Shown here: positions 38,925 to 46,495 of the stretch, piece by piece
How positions within the stretch are numbered: the first letter of the stretch is position 1
Layout of the letters: each line of letters opens with the position of its first letter
Source: Candidatus Bathyarchaeia archaeon
Lineage (GTDB): Bacteria > Patescibacteriota > Microgenomatia > PFEM01 > JAFGMK01
Assembly (NCBI GenBank): GCA_035529595.1
Contig: DATKWK010000017.1
Coordinates: 314,961 to 378,960 of the forward strand
Reading direction: 5' to 3'
Length of the DNA: 64,000 bases
Program-made: the position numbers and the translations under genes
The notes under the pieces: generated by a model
The model's database searches: none
The model's input: the letters and a program-made list of their open reading frames with translations, nothing else
Told to the model about the DNA's origin: nothing

Positions 38925-39371
38925 ATGACAAAAAAAAGCGTTAAAATCATATTGATCCTTTTTTTCGCCATCGCTTTGGTAGCTTCTATTGCGGGAGTGG
39001 ATTTCAACCCGGGGGCGGTTCCTGAAGAGATATTCAGACAATGGAAGGGAAAACCTACCATGCCGATGTCTAAAGGGAATTATCTTATCAGTCCTCCTGG
39101 ACTTTATGCTATTAAATTTGACAAGTTTTTATTTCTGCCTCTTGGTTTTTTTGATGGCTACTGGAAACTAAGTAGCGGTGTCAGTTTTTCCTTATGGTTT
39201 ATGTGGCTAAACGTTATTGAATTTCTGTCAGTTATTGCATGGTGGATGATACTATCTATCGGAATTTACCAAATTATTAAGAGATTGCTTGATACCAAGG
39301 TTGTTGTCCCCCCAAGGCGCGACATACTGCTAAGAAAATTTCGTGCTAAAATAGCTGGTAGGAGGCAATAA
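38925..39371 (+). CDS. membrane protein, hypothetical
   Basis: 148 aa with a signal/TM helix and two further helices. Confidence 0.35.
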   Translation: MTKKSVKIILILFFAIALVASIAGVDFNPGAVPEEIFRQWKGKPTMPMSKGNYLISPPGLYAIKFDKFLFLPLGFFDGYWKLSSGVSFSLWFMWLNVIEFLSVIAWWMILSIGIYQIIKRLLDTKVVVPPRRDILLRKFRAKIAGRRQ

Positions 39372-39375
39372 TCAT

Positions 39376-39879
39376 ATGGACAAGAAATATCTCTTTACTG
39401 CTTTAGTTTTGCTTTTTCTGGCGATTCTTGCGGGTGTAATATTTTGGTTTTCCATTAAGTCAAAGCCTGCTTCAATCGAATCACCTGTTCTAACAGCTAG
39501 TCCGATGCCGACACTGATCCCAACGATCGAGCCGACAGTCCTACCTAGTCTGACAGCAACTATCTCGTCTGAAAAACCGGAAGAATCGGCTCTTGAGCAA
39601 ATAAAGCAGGCTTTTGCCCAGAAGTATGAAAAGCCTATTAGTGAAATCGAAGTCACGATCAGTAAAGATACGGGCATCTACGCCAGCGGTGGAATTAAAT
39701 TTGCCGGTGAGATTGGCGGAGCCATGTGGTTGGCCTATGACGAAGACGGAAATTGGCAGTTGGTTTTTGATGGTCAAGGAACAGTACCCTGTTCAGCGGT
39801 TGATCCTTATGATTTTCCGATCGAGATAGTGCCGGAATGCTGGGATGAAGAAGCAGGCAAGCTGGTTACTCGCAGTTAA
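39376..39879 (+). CDS. membrane-anchored secreted protein with Pro/Thr-rich linker
   Basis: TM helix, then PMPTLIPTIEPTVLPSLT, then a globular domain. Confidence 0.4.
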   Translation: MDKKYLFTALVLLFLAILAGVIFWFSIKSKPASIESPVLTASPMPTLIPTIEPTVLPSLTATISSEKPEESALEQIKQAFAQKYEKPISEIEVTISKDTGIYASGGIKFAGEIGGAMWLAYDEDGNWQLVFDGQGTVPCSAVDPYDFPIEIVPECWDEEAGKLVTRS

Positions 39880-39930
39880 ATTCTGCCATTTGTTATTATT
39901 ATTTAACTTTCAACTTTTTAAGGAGGTTGT

Positions 39931-41250
39931 ATGGAAAAGAAACGTGTGGTTATCATTGGCGCTGCCGGTCGTGACTTTCATAATTTCAACACCGTTTATC
40001 GGGATAATAATGATTTTGAAGTCGTTGCTTTTACTGCCGCCCAGATCCCGGATATCGCCGGGAGAAAATATCCGGCCAGTCTTGCCGGGTGCTTATATCC
40101 GAAAGGGATTCCTATTCTTGATGAGAATGATTTGGAGAAAGTTATTATGAAGTATAATGTTGACGAATGCGTTTTGTCATATAGTGATCTCTCTTATGAT
40201 AACGTCATGCATCTTGGTTCGCGGGTAATGGCTGCCGGAGCTAAGTTTTCCCTGCTTGGGCCGAAACAAACGATGCTTAAAAGCAGTAAACCGGTTGTTG
40301 CCGTCCTGGCGGTCCGGACCGGTTGCGGTAAAAGTCAGACTTCAAGAAGGGTGGTGGAAATCCTCAAGGAAGCCGGAAAGAAAGTAGTTTCCATCCGCCA
40401 TCCAATGCCTTATGGTGATTTGGAGAAACAAAAAGTCCAGCGGTACGCTGAGATTAAAGATCTGGAAAAATACGATTGTACGATTGAGGAGATGGAAGAA
40501 TATGAGCCGCATATTGCTATGCAGAGCGTTATTTATGCCGGTGTTGATTACGAAGCGATTTTGCGTTTGGCAGAGAGGGAGGCTGATGTAATCGTTTGGG
40601 ACGGTGGCAATAACGATATGTCTTTTTACCGGCCTGATTTAACGATTGTTGTCGCTGATCCGCTTCGTGCCGGCCACGAGATGGCTTATTATCCGGGAGA
40701 AGTTAATTTTCGGTTAGCAGACGTGATCATTATCAATAAAATTGATGCGGCCAGTCCTGGTGACGTCAAAATTGTAGAAGATAACGCCAGAAAAGTTAAT
40801 CCGAAAGCTGAAATTATTAAGGCAGAATCAGTGCTGACAGTGGGAAAACCTGATCTGATTAAAGGGAAAAGAGTATTGGTAATCGAAGACGGCCCGACTT
40901 TGACTCATGGCGAAATGAAACTCGGTGCCGGTATAGTTGCCAGCCAAAGAAATGGCGCCAGGGAACTAGTCGACCCGCGTAAGTTCGCTGTTGGAAAGAT
41001 CAAAATGACTTACGAGCATTATCCGAATATCGGTACTCTTCTGCCGGCAATGGGTTATGGGCAGGAACAAATAAGAGATCTTGAGGAAACCATCAACCGG
41101 GTTGATTGCGATGCTGTGGTTATTGGCACACCAATCAATTTGGGCCGGTTTATTAAGATTAATAAACCGTTTACCAGGGTCAGTTACGAATTATCAGAGA
41201 AAGCTAAAATAGAATTGAAAAACTATATGGAGGAGAAAAAGTTAATCTAG
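39931..41250 (+). CDS. P-loop protein of the cyclic 2,3-diphosphoglycerate synthetase / DUF1611-like family (tentative)
   Basis: N-terminal Rossmann-like VVIIGAAGRDFH and central P-loop VRTGCGKSQT. The 439-aa length matches cDPGS-like proteins. Family assignment from memory. Confidence 0.4.
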   Translation: MEKKRVVIIGAAGRDFHNFNTVYRDNNDFEVVAFTAAQIPDIAGRKYPASLAGCLYPKGIPILDENDLEKVIMKYNVDECVLSYSDLSYDNVMHLGSRVMAAGAKFSLLGPKQTMLKSSKPVVAVLAVRTGCGKSQTSRRVVEILKEAGKKVVSIRHPMPYGDLEKQKVQRYAEIKDLEKYDCTIEEMEEYEPHIAMQSVIYAGVDYEAILRLAEREADVIVWDGGNNDMSFYRPDLTIVVADPLRAGHEMAYYPGEVNFRLADVIIINKIDAASPGDVKIVEDNARKVNPKAEIIKAESVLTVGKPDLIKGKRVLVIEDGPTLTHGEMKLGAGIVASQRNGARELVDPRKFAVGKIKMTYEHYPNIGTLLPAMGYGQEQIRDLEETINRVDCDAVVIGTPINLGRFIKINKPFTRVSYELSEKAKIELKNYMEEKKLI

Positions 41251-41335
41251 AATATTGGCTGGTATGGCCTTCCGGTGGTAGATATTTTGAGACATCTAGT
41301 TTCCTATAAATATAAGAGTAATTCTATGTTTAAAT

Positions 41336-42154
41336 ATGGTTGAATTAACAGCTGGTGATAATTTATCAGAGTCAGGAGACTTTAGCCGTAAAAAGACAGC
41401 TTATTGTCAACATTTTGCCCTCTCGCATAAAGACGTGTTTCGAATTCATCAGGAGGCTGGCCTTTTAGGTTTGAAGAAAAGAGGAAGCCGTGAGTTTCGC
41501 AATGTTGCTGAACACTGTTTAGTTGCCGGTATTTTTGCTGATATTCTTTGCGAGTTAGCCGGTATGGGTCAAACAGAAAGAAATCGAGTCGTTAAGGCGG
41601 CAATTTTACATGACTGGAACAAGAGAGATGAAGTTAATAAATTGTCAAGGATATTAATTGATAAAAGCAAAATGAAAGGATATGCCAGATTATCTCTTCG
41701 AGATATCGAAGAGATTAAAACAACTCAAGCCGAATTTTTGAGAGGAAATGGTGTAGAAGCTGAAATTATTCGTTTGTCTCAGGCTAATATTCCGGAGACG
41801 GATGAAGGCCCTCAAACATTGACAGAAAAAATCGTCTGGTTTGTCGACGCCATGCTTTATGATACTGAGCCGGTAGCAGTTAGCCAAAGAATGAGTCAGT
41901 CTCAAAAACCAACCTGGGATTATACAGAAAATATTAGAATTGCTCGGAACCAGAGAATTAGTGAAGCGTATCGGGCAAGATATCGTGGTCGATCGCTTCT
42001 TGAAGTTCAACAGGCCCTAGCACCAAAGGTCAGTGCTGATATTGCCGAGGCGGTCGGTTATCAAGGCGAACCGGCTTTTTTACCAGAGTTTTTAAGAGAA
42101 CAATTTGTCCAGCGGGTCATGGGTTTTTCTGACGAAGCTAAAGCCGAAGGATAA
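41336..42154 (+). CDS. HD-domain phosphohydrolase family protein
   Basis: H...HD...D pattern (AEHCLVAG, AAILHDWNK, WFVDAM). Confidence 0.45.
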   Translation: MVELTAGDNLSESGDFSRKKTAYCQHFALSHKDVFRIHQEAGLLGLKKRGSREFRNVAEHCLVAGIFADILCELAGMGQTERNRVVKAAILHDWNKRDEVNKLSRILIDKSKMKGYARLSLRDIEEIKTTQAEFLRGNGVEAEIIRLSQANIPETDEGPQTLTEKIVWFVDAMLYDTEPVAVSQRMSQSQKPTWDYTENIRIARNQRISEAYRARYRGRSLLEVQQALAPKVSADIAEAVGYQGEPAFLPEFLREQFVQRVMGFSDEAKAEG

Positions 42155-42202
42155 GTATTCAGAAATAATTGAACTGAAAGAAAATTAGGCAATTAGACGA
42201 TT

Positions 42203-43327
42203 ATGAATATTAAGGGTAAACACTATCGAACAATTTGGCTGAAAGACGATAAAACTGTCCAAATAATCGATCAACGGTTTCTTCCTCATCAATTTATCAT
42301 CGAAGAATTGAAGGACGTCGATGAAGTTGCCCGGGCAATAAAGGAAATGCATGTCAGGGGAGCCGGGTTGATCGGGGCAACCGCCGGTTTTGGAGTTTAT
42401 CTCGCCGCCATAACTGCACCGAGGAAAGATTTTGACCGGTTTCTTCAGCTTGCCTCAAAAAGATTGATTGCTACCCGGCCGACAGCGGCCAATCTTAGAT
42501 GGGCGGTTGACAGGCAGCTTAGAAATATAGCTCTTGGTAAGACGGTTCAAGAAAAGATAATAATTGCCAAAAAAAACGCTACTGAAATTGCTGACGAAGA
42601 TGCGATGTTTTGCCGGAGGATCGGTGATTACGGCTTGAAAATTATCAAAAAAATAAGCAAGAAGAAGAAAGGACCGGTTAATATCCTGACTCACTGCAAC
42701 GCCGGCTGGTTGGCATTTGTTGATTACGGTTCGGCAACAGCGCCAATTTATCGGGCTTTTGATAGCGGGATTAAGGTGCATGTTTGGGTAGACGAGACCC
42801 GGCCCAGAAACCAAGGATCCAGATTAACCGCTTGGGAACTTCAGAAACACGGTGTACCCTATACCGTGATTGCCGATAATGTCGGTGGTCATTTAATGCA
42901 GCACGGACGGGTCGATCTGGTTATTGTCGGAACTGACAGGACAACCTATACCGGGGATGTTGCCAACAAAATCGGAACCTATCTTAAGGCTTTAGCAGCC
43001 AAAGACAACCGGATTCCTTTTTATGTAGCTCTTCCGTCGTCAACTTTTGATTGGAAAATAAAAGACGGAGTTAAGGATATTCCGATTGAGGAGAGAGGTT
43101 CAGAAGAGGTTAAATATATTCAAGGCTTATGTGAGGGGTCTATTAAAGAGGTTCTTTTGACCCCCAAAGAAAGTCATACGGCGAATTACGCTTTCGATGT
43201 GACGCCGGCCCGTCTTATTACCGGTTTAATTACCGAAAGGGGAATTTGTAAACCCAACAAACAAAGTATCTTGAAACTATATCCTGAATTTAAAAAAGTA
43301 GTAAAAGAAGATCTGAAAAATGAATAA
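42203..43327 (+). CDS. mtnA: eIF-2B-related sugar-phosphate isomerase (methylthioribose-1-phosphate / ribose-1,5-bisphosphate isomerase family)
   Basis: VQIIDQRFLP...MHVRGAGLIGATAGFGVYLAA and C-terminal PFYVALP...FDVTPA match the MtnA/e2b2 family. Confidence 0.8.
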   Translation: MNIKGKHYRTIWLKDDKTVQIIDQRFLPHQFIIEELKDVDEVARAIKEMHVRGAGLIGATAGFGVYLAAITAPRKDFDRFLQLASKRLIATRPTAANLRWAVDRQLRNIALGKTVQEKIIIAKKNATEIADEDAMFCRRIGDYGLKIIKKISKKKKGPVNILTHCNAGWLAFVDYGSATAPIYRAFDSGIKVHVWVDETRPRNQGSRLTAWELQKHGVPYTVIADNVGGHLMQHGRVDLVIVGTDRTTYTGDVANKIGTYLKALAAKDNRIPFYVALPSSTFDWKIKDGVKDIPIEERGSEEVKYIQGLCEGSIKEVLLTPKESHTANYAFDVTPARLITGLITERGICKPNKQSILKLYPEFKKVVKEDLKNE

Positions 43328-44309
43328 GGTCTATTTCTTAAAAGGTTTTAGTCGATTAGAATCAGTATCCAAAAAACTACTAGCAGGCTTTTATCGTCCG
43401 AAATCAAAGATATTGGTCAAACTGCACTTTGGCGAGCCGGGCAATCAGACCGCTTTTTTCCCCAAGGATATTAAGCCGATTGTAAATGCTTTAAAATCTC
43501 TCAAGCTTAAACCGATATTGATTGATACCCCGGTGGTCTATAATTCACTCCGAAATACGGTTGAAGGTTATACTAACGTACTCAGACAAAGAGGTTTTGA
43601 CAAGCTGGCGCCATTTGTTATTTCTGATCAGTTTATTAAGGTTAAAACCAAAGATTTTACCGCCGAAGTTTGCCGGGAGTTGGTTGAGGCAAATGGAGTT
43701 TTAGTTGTTTCCCACGTCAAGGGACATGGTTGTTCCGGATTTGGTGGTGCCATTAAAAACCTGGGTATGGGCGGTGTCAGTAAAAAAACCAAGGGAATAG
43801 AGCATGACTTAAGTAAGCCTAAGTTTGTTTCCGCATGCCGGGGTTGCGGAACTTGTGCCTCAGTTTGTCCGGCTGGGGCAATCAAGATGTTAAACGATAA
43901 AGCGGAGATTGATCTTAAGCGATGTTATGGTTGTTCCCTATGTGGAATAGTTTGTCCCTATAAATGTTTAGCACCCAAAAAAAGGAGTTTCGATGATCTA
44001 TTAGCTCAGGGAGCAGCGGCGGTAATCAATCATTTACCCCCAAAAACCTTTTATGTTAACGTGATTAAAAATGTTACCAAAGATTGTGATTGTGCCACTG
44101 ATTCAGGTAAAATTGTCGCTGGCGATTTAGGTGTTTTATTTTCCGAAAACCCGGTCGCCATCGATAAAGCCAGCATTGACTTACTGCGCCAAGCCAATAA
44201 ACGAGAAGTTTTCGAAGAAATCACCCACAAAAATCCTCTTTTGCACGTCAACTATACTGCTGGTTATATTGGTAATAACTTAAGTTATTCGCTGCTTTTA
44301 GTCTCCTAA
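43320..44309 (+). CDS. DUF362 domain protein with 2x[4Fe-4S] ferredoxin insert
   Basis: CRGCGTCASVCP and CYGCSLCGIVCP cluster motifs. Overlaps the upstream stop. Confidence 0.65.
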   Translation: MNKVYFLKGFSRLESVSKKLLAGFYRPKSKILVKLHFGEPGNQTAFFPKDIKPIVNALKSLKLKPILIDTPVVYNSLRNTVEGYTNVLRQRGFDKLAPFVISDQFIKVKTKDFTAEVCRELVEANGVLVVSHVKGHGCSGFGGAIKNLGMGGVSKKTKGIEHDLSKPKFVSACRGCGTCASVCPAGAIKMLNDKAEIDLKRCYGCSLCGIVCPYKCLAPKKRSFDDLLAQGAAAVINHLPPKTFYVNVIKNVTKDCDCATDSGKIVAGDLGVLFSENPVAIDKASIDLLRQANKREVFEEITHKNPLLHVNYTAGYIGNNLSYSLLLVS

Positions 44310-45088
44310 TGCTTATTTGTTAAACGGGCTGTGATAAAAATAAGTCCCTCATAGCCTTGATCGTATTCATTAGGAACACTACAAATTTTTATGTCACGAT
44401 AACCCAATTTGGAAAGACAGTTCTTCATGTATACCTCGTTAACTGGAAAACCGGCAAAAAAGGCGTTGCCTGACCGCCAGAAAGTGGCGTTTTTGCAGAC
44501 AAATTGGAGCAGCCAGCCTCCGGGTTTAAGTAAAAAAGTAATACTGCTCATATAGCTCTTAAATTCCTGGTCCCGGGAAGCGACAGCCTCGGTTACACCG
44601 CCGATGTAGACAACATCAAATGGTGGGTAGACTTGCGGGAAAAGCGGATTTTTTAGGCGGATGTCGCAAAAATTCAGTTTTAGGATGGAATTTATAACGC
44701 GCAGTTTCAGATGTTTGCGATTTATCCGGGTTTGACTTTTTCCCTCTAGTTTAAGAACGTAATTCAAAAATTTATCCCAATCGTAGGCAACGGGCTGATT
44801 TTCTAGCCATTTTTTCACCTCTACCAGATTTCTGTCAAGAAAATCAGTAAAAACGATTTTATTACCATAGTTGCTGGCGCTCAGAAGATGATAGATAGTT
44901 GGTCCGCCGCCGATTTCTAAAACTCTTTTTGGGCCGCCAATTTTTTTATACGCTTTGTGGATAAATTCAAGCAGAGCCTGATTTTCCGACCCGATCTCGG
45001 CATAGTACTCTTTTAAATACTCGTGCACTGAGAAGTATTTTCGGAAATTGCGTGTTTTTGTTTTCATTGTTGACAGATTGTAAACCAT
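44306..45088 (-). CDS. NNMT/PNMT/TEMT-family (PF01234-like) small-molecule N-methyltransferase
   Basis: FSVHEYLKEYY, IGGGPTIYHLLSA, FTDFLDRNLVEVKKWLENQPVAYDW, and LKPGGWL parallel the human NNMT blocks ([55 protein letters not shown]), recalled from memory. Confidence 0.75.
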   Translation of the reverse strand: MVYNLSTMKTKTRNFRKYFSVHEYLKEYYAEIGSENQALLEFIHKAYKKIGGPKRVLEIGGGPTIYHLLSASNYGNKIVFTDFLDRNLVEVKKWLENQPVAYDWDKFLNYVLKLEGKSQTRINRKHLKLRVINSILKLNFCDIRLKNPLFPQVYPPFDVVYIGGVTEAVASRDQEFKSYMSSITFLLKPGGWLLQFVCKNATFWRSGNAFFAGFPVNEVYMKNCLSKLGYRDIKICSVPNEYDQGYEGLIFITARLTNKH

Positions 45089-45094
45089 AATGTT

Positions 45095-45925
45095 ATGATA
45101 GTCACGTTGATGTCCGATAAATCAGACAACCTGATTAGCCTGATTATGCCTCTTGGTATTAATCAAGATGAGGCGAGAGTTTACTTGTATTTGCTTGAAA
45201 AAGGGACAAAAACAGCCCTCCAGTTAAGTCGCGACCTCCATATTGCCAGGACAAGAGTGTATCGGATATTGGACAAGTTGATTGAAAAGGGCTTAGTCAG
45301 TCAAAAACTTGAAGATACGGGAAAAAGATTTTTAGCTAATTCATACCATCAACTGAATTTATTATTAAAACAGCGAGAGCATGAAGTCCAGGCTCTTAGG
45401 GAATCTATACCAGTAATATTTAAGGAGCTTGAGAAGTTAGCCGCTTCTGGTAAAGAACCGTCTCACGTTCTCTATTACAGTGGCGTTAAAGGATTAAAAC
45501 AGGTAACCTGGAATTCTCTGAAAGCTAAAGACGAGCTTTTAATTTACGAAATTGCTGATATGGCAGCCTTTTTGAATTATGGCTTTTGCGAAAAAGTCCG
45601 TGAAGAATATGTAAGAAGAAAAATCTATATTCGAGAACTTACTAATTTAAGCCACCTGCCTGCCTGGACTAAGATAAAGGACTTGGTAAAAAATTATTGG
45701 CAAGTGCGGTATATTGACTCGAGAGAACTCCCGATAAAGTTTGAGGTTCTGGTTTATAACGATGTCTATGCTATGTATAATTATCAGGAAGATGATATAT
45801 TCTGTATTGAAGTTTATAACCGAGATTTAGCTGATATGCAAAAACGGCTTTTTAATTTTGCCTGGAAACGTGCCCTTAAAATAAAGATTTTAAATAATGA
45901 AGGAGAAGCACAGTTAACTAATTAA
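45095..45925 (+). CDS. TrmB-family transcriptional regulator
   Basis: N-terminal wHTH PLGINQDEARVYLYLLEKGTKTALQLSRDLHIARTRVYRILDKLIEKGLV and a ~170-aa C-terminal effector domain. Divergent from the NNMT-like gene, with starts 6-40 bp apart. Confidence 0.7.
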   Translation: MIVTLMSDKSDNLISLIMPLGINQDEARVYLYLLEKGTKTALQLSRDLHIARTRVYRILDKLIEKGLVSQKLEDTGKRFLANSYHQLNLLLKQREHEVQALRESIPVIFKELEKLAASGKEPSHVLYYSGVKGLKQVTWNSLKAKDELLIYEIADMAAFLNYGFCEKVREEYVRRKIYIRELTNLSHLPAWTKIKDLVKNYWQVRYIDSRELPIKFEVLVYNDVYAMYNYQEDDIFCIEVYNRDLADMQKRLFNFAWKRALKIKILNNEGEAQLTN

Positions 45926-46063
45926 CTGCTGATCCATAATTCGTTCGGATCGGAAATTTGATGTCCTTCCTCAAAACTCTTCCCAGCTTTTATAAACTTG
46001 CATTCATTACACAATTGTGTAATAATAAGAAAATTCAAAAGTAACCCAGTCTGAAGATATAAA

Positions 46064-46480
46064 ATGTTAAGACCAAATTCGTTATACCCGGAACTAGTTG
46101 TAGGAGCACTTATTTTTAATCCTAAAGGCCAGATATTATTAATGAAGTCCAGGAAATGGAGAAACCAATACGTGATACCGGGTGGTCACCTTGATCTGGG
46201 AGAGAAAGTTGAACAGGCTCTGAAAAGAGAAATTAAAGAAGAAACCAGTTTAAATATTTACAGTTTGAAATTTCTCAATTTTCGAGAGGCGGTTTTTGAT
46301 AAGCATGGTTGGAATAATAGACATTTAATTTTTTTTAACTATATTGCTAAGACTGGTTCTCTGGATGTAAAACTCAATTCTGAAGCCCAAGAATATTGTT
46401 GGGTAAGTTTAGATGAGGCACTGAGGTTACCATTATTGACTTATACCAGAAAAACAATCGAAGATTATAAATCTAGTTAG
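46064..46480 (+). CDS. NUDIX hydrolase
   Basis: Nudix box GHLDLGEKVEQALKREIKEETSL. Confidence 0.7.
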   Translation: MLRPNSLYPELVVGALIFNPKGQILLMKSRKWRNQYVIPGGHLDLGEKVEQALKREIKEETSLNIYSLKFLNFREAVFDKHGWNNRHLIFFNYIAKTGSLDVKLNSEAQEYCWVSLDEALRLPLLTYTRKTIEDYKSS

Positions 46481-46495
46481 ATTATTATTAAAGCT

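Noticed and set aside
37703-45121. Exact 13-mer tgatgtccgataa shared by 37703 and 45109
   Set aside because: About 60 chance 13-mer matches are expected in a 64-kb two-strand comparison. The flanks do not extend the similarity.
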